From assembly GCA_964276515.1 (NCBI GenBank), contig OZ193910.1, positions 2,418,001 to 2,482,000 of the forward strand: a stretch of 64,000 bases of DNA, given 5' to 3'. Within the stretch, counting starts at the first letter, position 1. Every line of letters starts with the position of its first letter. The DNA is from Gordius albopunctatus. Lineage: Eukaryota. The notes below the pieces were generated by a model that was given only the letters and a program-made list of their open reading frames with translations, ran no database searches and was not told the DNA's origin. A program made the translations under genes and the position numbers. This document shows positions 28,408 through 42,497 of this stretch, piece by piece.

Positions 28408-29415
28408 TCTTCCTCCCTCCCCCCACCCTTCTCTTTAAATTATTTTTTCACCTTTATCCTCCTTTCATCCATCATGAATGTTAAAATTGGGATTGGAATC
28501 GCATCACGCTTAAATACAACCTGCCCTATAGCTTTATCGAGTTAACCCTCTGTTATAGAAGTTATAATAGCATCATTATGCATGTTCACAGCGTAATATC
28601 CCAGTTTCCCTATCGTTTTGATGAATCTATTTTATTCAATGATAACTGACACCATCTAACTTTACCAATATATATCATTATATGGATGGCCTGGGTGAAT
28701 TATAAATGCTAAATGAACCTTTAAACCTGACTATTAACCCCATAAGTTGCAAACCAAATGACACCCAAATTGGCGATTTTCGCTTTCAAATTTAACGATA
28801 CCGCAATTCCTACCCTTTCCCCTTCTATCTGCCTTGGATTTAAGATTGTAAAATGATTACATAATTTATTTATTTATTGAGTAATGGTCATATGATAAAA
28901 GTGCATTCATCAAAGTCTAATATTTTTGTGATATCATAAAATCACTTGATAAACGCAGTCGAAAGATTGTTGTGCGGATGAAGCATTGAATATGCAAGAC
29001 TTTTCAAAAGGTTTAATGGACACCTTTGGTCTTAGTCGACTAAACATTTTTCTTAGTCCTACTCTAGGCTATAAAAATTGAAAAAAATCCTAAAGTCGAC
29101 GAACGTTGTAGTTGAAGCAAGAGAACTACATGGGTACCCGACATCGGGTCGGGTTGAAAATTTTTAAATGCTTTCGGGTCGATTAGGGTTAGATTTAAAG
29201 TGTCAGGTGAAAGGTTTTATATCTTATATTACAAAATACACGGAACATATCTTTTAAATTGAGGCTATGTAATATACTATTTTAAATATAATATATTTGA
29301 AGAGATTATTCTTTAAGTTTTGAACGCACATTTAATTTGACTCGTGTAAGTTTAAAAACTATTTTTAAATAGTGTAAAGTGGTAGTTCGTTATTAATTTA
29401 AACTAAATAAATATA

Positions 29416-29838
29416 CATGGGCGTAGGCAGGGGGGGGCGGCCGCCCCCCCCTGAATAAGAATTTTTCTATTTTTTAATGTAAATTTATGTAAAAATTGGA
29501 AAAAATTAGTGTTTCGCCCCCCCCTGATTGAAATTAAGTTTTATGTTGAAAATTTTATTTCACGAACTTTTGACGCAAATTTAAATTATTATTGAGATTA
29601 GTAGTTGCGTTTGTGTTAGTTCCTTCATACATCGTTTACATATCCTCTGTACACTGTACTGTTGATTAATAATGAGTTTTTATGTGGGTTGAGGCCAAAG
29701 AATAGCAAAATATTTTAATTACTAACGTTAAATACCAAAAAAAAGTCTTGGCGACCTTTTTTTTTTTTTTGCTCTCACTTAGTCTCGGCGATTTTTTTTG
29801 CTCGCCCCCCCCTGATCCGAAAGCTGGCTACGCCCATG
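29416..29838. mobile_element. hAT-type MITE, CATGGGCGTAG family (best-preserved copy)
   Basis: TIRs CATGGGCGTAG and CTACGCCCATG; perfect 8-bp TSD TAAATATA; G/C homopolymer subterminal runs. Confidence 0.88.
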
Positions 29839-29872
29839 TAAATATATATTCATAAACCAAAATTAAAGGATT

Positions 29873-30228
29873 TATACTCAACAGGTATAATGCTCAAGTA
29901 ATCTAATGCACAAAAATTGTAATTTAAACATTATTAGATAAGTATATCTCTAACCCTAACCCTATAAAGTATTGTAAATGCATATTAACTTATTATAAAG
30001 CATTTAATCTAACCTATGAAAGAAAATAATAAAAAGTTTGAACTTCATATATTATATGCTTAATATGAAAGAAAATATATATGCAGCAATAAAAAAGCTA
30101 ATCTTCATATATTATATGTTTTTTCAACCTTTTAAAGCATTTTTAACATGATTAAATATAAAATTAATTAGTTATAAGCATTCTTTGCAAATTTTAGATT
30201 ACTTGAGCATTGGATCACTTGAGCAAAT
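29873..30228. mobile_element. MITE-like inverted-repeat element with internal CTAACCCTAACCCT
   Basis: AATGCTCAAGTAATCTA near the left end is inverted as TAGATTACTTGAGCATT near the right end. Confidence 0.55.
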
Positions 30229-31000
30229 ACGTATTTATATATCATTATAATAAATCATTCAAATAAATTTAGGAATCAAAATCTGTGGAATCCGTTTCAT
30301 AAATCGCAATTTAATATGTCGATTAAATTTTACACCCAACATTTCTTACTCGCGTCGCTAAACGCAAAAAATTTAAACGCTTTTGGGTTGCAAAATTTAA
30401 AATGCTCTAAGCTCAAGTCGGGTTTAAAATTTTCGGGTTGAAAAAAAGTGACTTTGCAGTTCTTGAACCAAAGATCGGCTAAACAAACCCAGCTGTTTTT
30501 AATTAAAATTTGAATTCGATATTAAGCTACAAGGCGGCAGCTCAAAGTCATAATTTGATTTTAATTTTTACAAGGTAGTTTGATAGAAGATTTGAGGTGT
30601 TACTTTCAATTTTAATGTTAGTTCCGAAATATTAGAGGATGGATTTAAGCTTTATTCATAAATTTAATCTGGCTTTGCTATTGGGAAATCAATAGAACAG
30701 TATCACCTAATTTGCAAAGTTTATAAAATTTGCGCTTTCTTAAAATTATTATGCCACGTGTGCTATAGATTATGTACTAAAAGTATGTAATGTTTTTAAA
30801 TTTGTTAGATCCTGCCGGATGTAAAATCGTTTTAATATTCGAAATTATTTTGAAACAAAGCTGAGTTTTTTTGTTTGTAAACCAAATTTAGCATACGGCC
30901 AACGAACTTTCAAGGGCTTGGTATTTTCCAACTATGGCCTCAATTTAAATAGTGCTAATTAGATCAAAACTAATATAATTTTTTGTTTAAAATGTATAAA

Positions 31001-31716
31001 TCTTATATATAAAAATGAAACTATGTGTGCGTATGCCGCCACCAATTTTGGTAAACTACCAGACCGATTTGTCTCTAAATTTCACGGTTTATTCCTGACA
31101 CTCCGGAGCATTTTTTAGGATTTTTTCGAGCCAAATCGGTCAAGTAGTTTTCGAGTTTGTTTTATACGTTTTGACGTTTAATAGAATGTCAATCAAACGC
31201 AACCTCATCATGTTCTTTGAAAATTTGAATATATAGTTCTTTAGTAAAAAAAGTGTATCACTTATAGTATTTTCTAGACCGTCATACGTGTACGTAGTGT
31301 GATAAATGTAGGCATGTGCTGCGGAAAATGGAAACTTTTTACAATTTCAAACATTAAATAAAAGTCATTTTTTGCTTATTTTTCACGTCAATTATTATTA
31401 TAGGACGGTCGTGTCCCCTCCTGCGTGGCTAAATAAATTTAAAAAATCTAATTTTATCATTTTTTGGGCGTTAAATAAGGAGAAAAATGAAAATACTTTT
31501 AACAAAGTGCCAATAAATGTTGATATATTTCAGTTCTTCGGACATTATTATTTATTAAGTTCAGAATTAAAAGTTTTATTCAGAAACAAATAATTATGAT
31601 ATTGTTTCTCAATTAAAAAAAATTGCTTGAAGGTTTTACTTCAATAACCGCTTTATCATCATATATGCCCTAAAATTCCAATAAATGGCCAAACAAAGTT
31701 TGCATGGTTCATCTTG
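31001..31716 (+). mobile_element. Non-autonomous Helitron (second family)
   Basis: A|TCTTATATATAAAA start; degenerate 3' hairpin and CTTG|T end; homologous to copies at 45336-46720. Confidence 0.75.
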
Positions 31717-32092
31717 TACATTTATAATTTAAAGGTGACAGTGTAAAATAAAAATACTAAAGGTTTAATATTATTTCTTTTCATTAAAAGTGACAAATTT
31801 AAGGATCAAACTTGATTCTCTTGATGGAATAGGTGAAATGACTATTTTAATGAGTCTCATTAATAATATTTTAAAATCTCTAAAGCCTGATAAACAGAGA
31901 CTTTTTTAAAATAACCGACGTTTTTTATGGATGAAATTGTCCTTCAATACAATTTTTTAGATGATTAACATCAAAAATAGGTTCAAAAACGATAACAAAG
32001 AGGAGATTTTTAGATAAACAAGGCAAGACAAAATTATCGATAGGTCATATTGAGCACATAGTCATAAAAAACACATTTTTTTGAGATTTCAT

Positions 32093-35000
32093 TCATTCTC
32101 GGTATTCACTTTCTGGCTTCTTTTTCCCGTTTTCAACGTCCATTGCCTATTTCAAAATCATTAAAATTTTCAAAATATGACAATTACTTTTAAGGTGAAG
32201 TTGTTTTGTTTGTAACGGTTAACGTCAAAATTTTCCATCAACAAATTGGGTATACTATTGCCGAAATAGATTTTTGTGTTAGTTGTCAAGGCTTCGTATA
32301 GTTTGAGTTGCAAGTAATCCGTAGAGTATAGTAGCTTAATAAAAAAAAATAAAATGAAAATTAAATATAAAAAAAGAAACTTAAACGTAAAAATCGTTTG
32401 GCGATCAAATACCTTATTAGCTTCGGCCGTTTTGAAAGCGTGATAATAATCAGCATCTGCATTAGCCTTTTGTCTTGCTACCATAGCCTCATCTATAAAA
32501 GTAAGTTTTGAAAATAACACAAAAAGAAATGTTTCCTTTTAGGTGGGAAACAATTAACAATTCATTTTTTAACGAAAATTAATCTAAAAATCAAGGCCGT
32601 AAAAACTTGAGATATTAATCCCATGTTATTTTGAGATTGTTATTTAGGTAAGATGTCTTTAATTTTAAGACAATAACTTGTCTTTTTATACGAAAGTAAT
32701 GATATAATTTCAAAGGCATAGTTGAGGGAAGTGATGGAGGAGCAACTTGCCCAGCCCCCCTCTCCTACATTTTATATAAATTTTTATATATTCATTGAAA
32801 TATAGATAAAATTTCGAAAAAAACATAACTTTGTCCCCTTTTTGCAAATTCTCATGCTTATTATCACAACTTATTTTTTCAGCAGCTTTTTAAGCATATA
32901 ACTTAATCATGCAGTTAATATTCGTTTATAAACATAGGTAAACATTAAGCAAAACAAAATTCTGACCATCAATTTGTGACATCTTCTTAAGGGATTCTTT
33001 TTCCATAATCTTTTGGTTTTGAGTGATTTGAGCTACCTGAGCTATCTTTTCTGCCTCTATAGAAAGTAAAAAATATGACTTATTAGTTTAACCCAAACTA
33101 ACTTAAAATAATATGATATATCTATGCATTATAAATCAGATATATTGAGCAATTAATAAAAAGATGCAAGCTATTATTAAAGATAGAGAAGGCAAAGCTT
33201 TGAATTGGGAACTATGCTGTTGTTGGGATCAATCGGTTCGGGATTTCATCGAAAAAAATAAAAATCTATATAGAAGGTGGCATATATTAAAAAAGTCGGA
33301 GGATAATCAAGCTTATAAGGAGGCAAACAGAGCCGCAAAAAAGGCCTTTGCAATAGCGAAGAGAAATATATGAAGATGAACGATACATGCATCTCATCGC
33401 TGGATGACCATCTAAAGTACATAAAAGCAGGGAGGTATACATAGCTCGGCTGGTTGCTACATCAAGAGGGAGGCAGCGCAACGGAAGTCAATGTCCGGAT
33501 TCAAAAAGGATGGCCTTAATGACGAAGTATATTCGGTGTAATGTGCGAAAATGGCAATATGGTTGAAGAGCAAAGCTTACAAATCCATCGTAAGACCGGC
33601 GTTACTCTATGGAGGTTAAACATGGGCATCAAACACCACGGAAGGAAAGCTATTACAAGCCACAGAGATGAGAATGATAGGGTGGAGCCTGGGGTATACT
33701 AAGCACGACCATATGACAAATGACCTGATCATGACAAAAATGGGTATTCAACAACCTATGGCGGACATGATTAACGAAAATCGGCTAAGATGGTATGGGG
33801 GGCATATACTAAGAAGGGAGACAAATGATGTAAGTCTCGAAAAGTACTGGATATGTAGGTACCGGGTAAGAGAGGAAGAGGAAGACCCTGTGTCACGTTG
33901 AAAGGGCAAGTGGATAATTATGAAAACTATAAAGATTAGTAAAGACATGGCATACTTAATCAAGATGGAAGAAACTCATCAAAACAAACCCAACAACTGT
34001 GGGATCAAATACTTATAACGTTTCTTAAAAGGGTTTTAAAAAATATATACCTATAATAGCCTTTTTCCTATCAGTTTCTGCTTCTTTTTCAATGACCTTT
34101 TGTTTTTGTGTAGCAATTAAAAGTTTAGTTTTTTCACCTTCCCTAAGAAACAAATGCACATTTGCTAGCTAGATACGTATTTTAATTATTTCTTACATCA
34201 ATTCATAGTTTTTCCTAATAACTTCCGGTATCTTAGGTTTTGTGACACGAACTGATGTAATAATCAAACCTGGTGCCATGTTATTTAAATCTTTTTGGAG
34301 GGCATTTTTAAGATCTTCATCAATTTTGTCTAAAAAATAATCACCATCAAAATTTTATTCATAATTTAATTTGTCTATAACCTTGAATATTTTATCAGAT
34401 TTTTTTGAAAAATTATAGATGTTACCAAATAGATCTATGTAGACTTCTTGCAATGTATGAACACTACAGAATTGGTTAAGTTCATGATGCACCTTGTGAA
34501 AGATAAGTGTCTTATCATAGTCAGCTGTGTAATTTTTTACAATCTTGTGAACTAAAAAATAAAATAGGTGTCACAAAAAGTAACAAAAATTTTTAAAGGT
34601 TTTTATATTTGAAAAATGTTTAGCTTATATATAGGGGCACTCTAGATAGTAATTATATAAACATTTCAATGATTTAAAGTCAAATCTTTATAGTTTTTAG
34701 CTGGCTTAATCATGATTTCAATTTTTTATATTTTATAAAATTTTCTTGCACAATTTATAAATAACTTACCACTATTTGGATTAAGTATATTCACCACTTC
34801 GATTCTGTCAAAATAAATCATGACTCCACCACTATAATAATAAAGAAATGTTGTAATATAACTTATAGGTAAATATTAATATTTTTAGAAAAACAACAAC
34901 TCATTTTATTAATTAAGCACAATAAAAATATAAGGACCTTGTGCCACATGGAACATTTTTAACTTCATCTGTTTGCAATGTGACCTATTCCAAATAATGA

Positions 35001-35275
35001 TTGAAAATGTTTAACTACTTGAACAGTTTTAAATGAAGTTAAAAAGGGGATCATTAAATGATAACCCGGTCCATTTGTTTTAGAAAGAAGTGCTCCTCCC
35101 TAGAGATTAATGGTATAAACTTAAATACTTACTCGATAATAAACAGCAACATGACCTAAGAAAATTTAAATAATTGTTTTTATTTTGTACCTTCTTCAAT
35201 TTCATGCAAAGAATAACTTATTAATATAGCAAATAATGGAATAAGAAAAAAAATGAATCCAAAATATTGATGCAT
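32093..35275 (-). CDS. ERLIN: Erlin (ER lipid raft-associated SPFH protein), about 12 exons
   Basis: Spliced translation: N-terminal TM segment, [117 protein letters not shown]1 versus ERLIN2 cannot be resolved. Confidence 0.95.
33180..34010 (+). mobile_element. Internally deleted RTE-clade LINE fragment in an erlin intron (antisense to the gene)
   Basis: [16 protein letters not shown] (similar to 3430-3495) fused to the C-terminal [33 protein letters not shown] core absent. Confidence 0.8.
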
Positions 35276-35480
35276 TAATTTTAATTTTGGCTGCTAATAA
35301 AACAGATGACTAGACTTCTAAGGATTGTATAAATAGGTACTCGCCTAAATTTTTTGTGAAAGAAAATTCTCTATACCAATATTTTTATAATATGGGTATT
35401 ATAGAAAAGTTTATTTTAAAAACAAATTTGATCCTTTAAATTTAGGTGCAGTAATCTTTAGTCTGCGAGATTGAAAGGTC

Positions 35481-36698
35481 TATGGTTACCTAGGTAATTT
35501 GAATAAAGCAACTCGATCATCAGTTACCTAGGAAAATACTTAACCTTTACTATTCGAGAACTCATAAACCTCACTATTCCTATATCTTAACCTTATTATT
35601 TCACTACTCCTTATAATTTAAATACCTCGTAATTCACCATTATTATTCACACAAATAACCTCGCCAGATGTGTATATAAACACGACGTTCATCATTCACT
35701 TGAATCATTTGGGTTAGATTAAAGTAGAAACTTATTTCTCTACAAAATGGTGACCCCGACGTTTCGGGGGAGCCGAAATTTTTGTTTATTCCTCCCCCCT
35801 ATAAATTTATAACTCAGGTCTACATTGACCAGACTTTCAGGGGACACATAAATTTTCTCCACAATAACAGTCCCGTTAGTAATGGTGTTTGGTTTTCGTA
35901 GTTAAAATAAAACAATTCAAGGATAGGGCTTTATCTTCTCAATTCATCATCCATATGGTCCTACTGCTGTATAAGATGCAAACTACCTACTTACCTGATT
36001 GTTAATACGAAGAAAACCATGTTACCCTACTACAACACTACACAAGCAACAACATCGTCTACCGAACGTACCATTGTCCACTGCCCGACCAATGGCTCAA
36101 CTGCAAAACGCATATCAAACAAATCAACATCATATGGCCTCTTCCAACGAGCAAAGACTACGTTCGGCGAAAACGATAAAACCTACTACCAACGTTCTCA
36201 CCACCGCTTACCGGTTTAGTTGATGACCGATTGTAACTCCAATATAGATACCTCTGCCCGCGGCATGGATCTTATTAATATATTGGATAGCACAACAACA
36301 TCATACACACACTTCACACCTCGGTCACCACACCAGCAAATACTAGTGCAAACACTAAACAACATTGGACAACTAAGCCAACTGAGTATTGTGAAATCAT
36401 TTTTAGCACTCCTTGCAAAAAGGAGGGGAATTATATGGTAACCTAAGTAATTTGAATAAAGCAACTCGATCATCAGTTACCTAGGAAAATACATAACCTT
36501 TACTATTCGAGCACTCACAAACCTCACGAATTATATATCTTAACTTTATTATTTGACTACTCCTTATAATTTAAATACCTCGTAATTCACCATTATTATT
36601 CACACAAATAACCTCGCCAGATGTTTATATAAACAGGACGTTTTATCATTCACTTGAATCATTTGGGTTAGATTAAAGTAGAAACTTATTTCTCTACA
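35481..36698 (+). mobile_element. Non-autonomous LTR retroelement (TRIM-like)
   Basis: About 265-bp LTRs at 35481-35744 and 36434-36698; PBS TGGTGACCCCGACG complementary to the tRNA-Trp 3' end; PPT AAAAAGGAGGGGAA; 4-bp TSD GGTC; no pol. Confidence 0.9.
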
Positions 36699-37269
36699 GG
36701 TCTTACTTACTAGGATTAGAGGAACATTTATATACCATTTTTTCTAAATTTTTTATACAAAATCCCATAAATTGCATAAATTCAAACTCCAAGATGGCTG
36801 CCAGATAAGGGCATTAAATATGAACAGAAATATACACATTGCGATATTCCATTATTTCAAGATATTGTCCCACCCGTGAAATTAGCATCACATTCGGAAA
36901 TAAAGTGGACCGTTTGGTATAATAAATAGCTATCTGGGGAAAAGCTATAAAGTAGTCAAAAACTTGTATCTTTTGATAAAAACTATCAAAATGTGCTCAA
37001 TAGTTTATTCTTGTTGATCGAGGCTTATCTCATTAATCATGCAAGGCCTCCTTAGATTAATCTATGAAAGATAGTCATACCTTGAGGTTTGATTTTGCCT
37101 TCATCTTCTTATCGCTGGATTATTGTGGCGTTGAGGAAAGTCGGCGATTTCCCACTTTATACGATAATTACTCATACTTGGTGCTTGACATAATCTGATA
37201 ATGTTTTTTTTCAAACGAACCGTTAAACCGCAAACAAGGTGATATATAGTTGAATGCCCACTAGGTTAA

Positions 37270-38350
37270 TGGGCCAAACCTACGAGACACATGCTCAACA
37301 ATTGTGACAGTAAAGATATATAGCGTCGAGAAAAAAAGGAGGAACTCTCAAATACAAACGAGATTTAAATAAATTCGAAAAGTGGATAGCAAATAAGACA
37401 CGAAATTTTGGATTAAATGATATGTGGTGTTAATTAGTTCGTGTCGATTAAATTTACATATATCAAACTTGTAACTATTTTTAGGTCGGGCCTAGGTTGA
37501 CAATTTATTAACGCATTCGCGTTCAAGAAAGCAACTGCAAGCTGGTAATCAAGAGTATAGCCTGGTGATTATCCCCCCCCCAAGCAATCCTGTCATATCC
37601 AAAGCACCCACCCCGTCCCTAGGACACTGTCATGTGCTGTGTTCACTCAACAGACAACAATAATTTCTTCACCCTCGAAATGTGCTGCGCTTTTTAAACA
37701 CTACTCTATAATACTTGCATTTCCCATAAATTATATATAACAATGTATAGGATAATCTGGGTGGTTAAAAATCCAAGTGATCAAGAATTGTCAATCAATT
37801 TATTTGAATATTGTTGTATAAAAACGGTAAAATAGGATTGATGTGAGGAGAGGGAAATGGAACGTGATATTTATGATCCATCTTCAGGGAAAAAAGGAGA
37901 TGAAGTCTCAAAAAAATAATATTCAAAAATCCAAGTATTGAGCAAGATGGCTAGGTGAACCCCAAACGACGTTCATAAGACTATATTATAAGCCTTATAA
38001 TCTGTTAAAATCCTACCCGAACATGACTGGATTTAAACCTAGAACTTATCATTTACTTAAACTCTCTTATGTTATATTATCAGTATCTCCTCGCATGACG
38101 AAAAAAGCTATTAATTATTTTTTGAGGCGAGGAGTAGATAAAGAGGACGATATGAATAAATAGTTTTATTAAAAATTAAATGTAGCTTCCTTATGATTAA
38201 AATCCTTACCCACATACATATCAGGGATAGTTTAATTTTTTAATACTTTAAAATTAATTTATATGCATCAAAATAGATACATAAGTCGCATGTATACTCG
38301 ACCATATTACAACATTCATATATTTATAATAAATTGTAAATCAGACCAGT
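37270..38350 (+). mobile_element. DIRS-like tyrosine recombinase remnant plus 3' region (copy 1)
   Basis: TLKYKRDLNKFEKW (N-terminal) and LSKMAR*TPN/TFIRLYYKP (resembling the YR C-terminal A.W...TF..FY.KP). Diverged duplicate at 41087-42497. Confidence 0.55.
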
Positions 38351-38485
38351 TCAGATCTTTAGCATGTGAAAAATCTATAATATTTAGCGAGACGCGAGGT
38401 AGTTAACACCAAGTTTGTCTCGAAAATAGACGCAGCAACGCAAATCTTAACGCATTTCTTAACTGAACGCAAAATTCCACATCCA

Positions 38486-39065
38486 TTGGTCACACAAACG
38501 TGTTTGGGGGTTCTTACGCATTACACCTATATGTTAACAGGGTGGTCTAAGTTCTTGTCCCCTGCTTATAAACTGTTTTTGGCAGCTGATCCCATTGAAT
38601 TCCACACCGACTGGCTAATCCGAAAGATCCTTATGATCCAGAACCATCTATCTTCTCCTTTTCAAATGAAGCACGACACAAATGAGTTCCACGCCGGTGA
38701 TGCATCGACGTCCCATATTGGGTTATTTTATAGAGGATCCATCCTCTCTATCACCAAAGGGCACGCACTCGCCATCTTTGGCGTCCACGACCTCATCCCT
38801 ACCATTAACCTGTTGGAGCTGGTGGCTATCCCTTTGGCCTACATTAAAGCAATGGTGGACACTCCTCTCATACATCCCAAGATCCTCACAGATTCCCGGA
38901 CCGCTTTTTACATTATAAAAAAGGGTAGCGAGCGCGCATGCGCCACATTTAGAGTTGGCCTTTACAAAGATCTGTAACGTGATGGGCTTTGGCCATATGA
39001 TGAAGATCAAACAAACCTAGAGTGGGTTTCCACGGACAAGAATCCAGCGGACGTTCCCTCGAGGG
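38486..39065 (+). mobile_element. DIRS-type RNase H fragment
   Basis: GDAS..HIG, INLLELVAI, ILTDSRTA...IKKG, then WVSTDKNPADVPSR. Confidence 0.8.
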
Positions 39066-39309
39066 AAGATTTCTTAGATGATGCGCAACTGGGCAGAATC
39101 GTCTACTGGACTCTCTCGAATATTTCTGTACGACAAGAACAACAAATAGTTTGCTAAACGTTAAAGGCCGTGAGTTAGTGTAAGAATCATACTATAATTC
39201 AGAACCCCTTTTTACGCTCTTTGTCGTTTCCCCCCCCCGCGTCTTACTTAATCCCTGACTCTCGTTGGCACGAAATTTTTTTGTTCCCCTTTATCCCTGA
39301 CCCCCTTTT

Positions 39310-40920
39310 ATGCCAAGGAAGACTTCATCTAAAGAGGACATCTCGGATAATATCCCCCTGAACAAATACTTCTCCAAATCTAGTTCCCTAAGTAATCTAA
39401 ACGCAGCGTCTCGTATTTTGCCAATGACCACCCCAGACAAATCATCTATTGCGGCAACCGTCGGAAGCAACGCCACTGGGTCGGACACAGCGATAAAAGT
39501 GATCCTTGACCGGCTAGCAGGGATGGACGCTAAAATCGATATGAGCCTGTTAGGAAGAAGCAAGGAAACGATCGGTTTGGCGGAGAATCAGCCACACTGG
39601 GCACCGTCCCCCGCCGCGGAGTCGATTACCATGACACGCGCTGAGCTTGATGCGCTGCTGGCAAGAGAAAGGGCACGACCATATATAACCCAGGCTCAAA
39701 CACGGAAATTCTCAAACTTCGCTTAAGAAGGGCTGCCATTCCATGCCGGCATATCAAAGGAATGAAGCGGAGTTCCTTCTAAGTCTTGGAGATTCAATCA
39801 ATGATTATGAAAAGACTATTGATAAGTTGTCTGACCGCGTTAGGACGATTGCTATGGCGTCCTATTACGGTTGGCAAGCAGTTACCGGCAAATCCAAAGA
39901 TTGGGCGGAAAAGATGGGAATGAGCCAGTACACAGAACCCGTCCAGCTTTTTCGGCTGTCTGATCAGCGACATGTTCAAAGGAAGAAAGTCCCTCACATA
40001 AAAGGGCCGCCTCCTCCTCGGGCGGAGAGAACGTAAACACGTAAGGATGGTAGCGGCGACCCTCGGCTGTGGTGATAACCCGCCGAGGTCGGTGAGGGAT
40101 GGAAATGTTCCAACATGTCTTAAAAATTATACCGCCATTGCCAGGAGCATCGCTATCAACTCCATCTCTCCCGACGATGGCCCGGAATTAGAAGAGCCGA
40201 TTCACCCCTCTAATACGTCGCTACCTGAACGTACCAATGTGCCGGGACATCTTCTCGATCAATGGACGGAGGTGGGCTTGGATAGCGAAGGCCCACCTAT
40301 CATTAGCGAACCGTCCAATATTCCCTCCTTTCCCTCTCACCCCTATCTTCTTACACTCGGTTTAATCTACCACTATCCATTCGCACTTCCATTTTGAAGC
40401 CGCATTACCTTCAATCTCCCTTCACACGAAGAATTGCAACACATGGGTTCAAGCCCAAAATATCTCGTAAAGCCGTCGTGGAGAACGGAGGAAAATACCA
40501 CGTCCCCAGATACGTGAAAGCCATCCCTAAATAATATAAACCTTTGGTGGATGAAATTGTGCTTTCCAACGTAGTACGGATCAATTCCGAGGCGATTCCC
40601 TCTCCCATGTACTTTATCCCTAAAAGTGACGGTTCCCTCTGGCTTATCGTGGATTTATCCCAAATCTCAAAAAACATTATAAATTGCCCCTTTTCGCTCA
40701 AGTCCATCCCCCTCATTGCTTCTTCCCTATCGGACGCATTATTTATGACTAAAATTGACATGAAGGCGGCATTTTTCTCTATTCCATTGGCCCCAGAGTC
40801 TTCTAAATTTTTTGGGTTCCGGTACAGAAGACGCAAGTACTCGTACAAGGTGTTGCCAATGGGGGCAAGCTTGTCGCCTTTTGTACTACAGCAAGTGATG
40901 CTCGATCTATGTAAGAACTC
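39310..40920 (+). mobile_element. DIRS-like gag-like ORF and truncated RT
   Basis: RT motifs SPMYFIPKSDGSLWLIVDL, TKIDMKAAFFSIPL and YKVLPMG.SLSPFV; truncated before YxDD; upstream ORFs in the gag position. Confidence 0.75.
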
Positions 40921-41086
40921 TTTCCACACTTCTTACTCTATTCACACTCATTCTAATTTGAATATCTTACGGCGATTTAATAATGTTATTCATATTAACC
41001 TCGATACAATGCTATCTAAACTTATATTTAATGATACCAGAAAATCTTTGGGTTATTTATTAATAAAGTAGAAATCCTCTACAGAC

Positions 41087-42497
41087 CCAAACCTACGAGA
41101 CACATGATTAACAATTGTGACAATAAAGATATATGTAATAAAAGCTTCGAGAAAAAAGGAGAACTCTCAAATACAAACGAGATTTAGATAATTTAAGAAA
41201 GAGGAAAGCAAATGAGACATGAAATTATTTATTGAATGATATTTATACATCGATTTGGTTATCTCAAACTTGTTACTATCTTTAGGTCGGGTCCGGATTT
41301 ACAATTTAATAAAGCCTTCGCGTTCGGGTTAGAGAAAGTGACTTCGCGAGATAGTAATCAAGAGTAGAGCCTCCCCCCACAACATTCAGACACATACGAC
41401 ACTCTAAAATCAACTCCATCATCCAGTCAGCCCTTAAAAGGCTAAAATCATATCCATTCTTGAGCCGTCAGACCATCTCTTGAGGATCGAATGCGCCCTG
41501 ACGGCTGCTCACTTGTGCCTTGGGAAAACGGGCTATTCTTAAAATGTGACTTTAAATGCATTGATTTGTTTGCCCCTTCAAATCTCAATTATGATCCAAT
41601 GGCCCTCTCAGAGGGGCGCAAATTAACAAAATACAAGGCCCTTTTAAACTGAAGTATTTTTATCCCCATAGTTTCATCCTGTTCCGGCTCTTATGGGAAA
41701 ATGGCATTAGCCTTTTTTAAAGAAATAGGCAGACGATCTCCTCCTTCTAAATATTCTCCCGCATTTCTACTAAAACAATCAATTGCGATTCTAATCGCAA
41801 AATTCAACTTTAAATCCTTTTTGGATTCTTGTCCTTCGATGAAAGAGGCATATATATTAGCTATTTAACTTTTTTTTAATATACTAAATTTGTATTACAT
41901 TTTACCGTATTATAATTAGCCATATATTAAAAAAAACACCCACCCCCTTCTTAAAACACTGTCGTGTGCCGTCTTCACTCCAACATTAATTCCCAAAGCT
42001 ATAGCATGCCGCGCTTATTCGACACTGCTCTATCAATCTTGAATTTCCCCTAAATTAAATCTAAATAACAATGTCAATGTATAGGATAAGCTAGGTGGGT
42101 GCCGATAATTGAGCAAGATATATAGGTGAGGTGAGCCCCTAGCCATGTTCGAAAGACCGAATTATAAGTCTAATCTTACTTGTTAAATTGCTACTCGAAC
42201 ATGACTTGAACCTATAACTTATCAATTACCAAAATTCTCTTACGTAATATAATCACTATCTCCTCACATGTCTTTGTCGCCTTCAGGCCTTAGCAAAAAG
42301 CTACTAATAATTTTTTAAGGTGAGAAGATAAAGAGGACGATATGGATAAATAGTTTTATTAATTCTTCTATTATGTTTAAAATCCTTAAACACATACAAA
42401 TCAGGGATAGTTTAATTTTATAATTAATTTATCTCTATCAAAATGGATACATCGAGCATACTATAACATTCATATATTTATAATAAAATTTAAACCA
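41087..42497 (+). mobile_element. DIRS-like YR/3' region (copy 2), interrupted by a CRE-like fragment
   Basis: Collinear similarity to 37275-38345 at 41087-41380 and 41937-42497. Confidence 0.65.
41380..41936 (+). mobile_element. 5'-truncated CRE-like non-LTR element (RLE domain + poly-A)
   Basis: ILEPSD....RMRPDGCSLVPW.NG, similar to 44750-45200; ends in an A-run. Confidence 0.8.

Noticed and set aside
29948..29963. Telomere or telomere-addition site (CTAACCCTAACCCT)
   Set aside because: Only two units, inside a MITE-like element.
35999..36473. Short ORFs inside the TRIM-like element
   Set aside because: No recognisable domain; they may be decayed gag or integrase-tail sequence, but this is unsupported.
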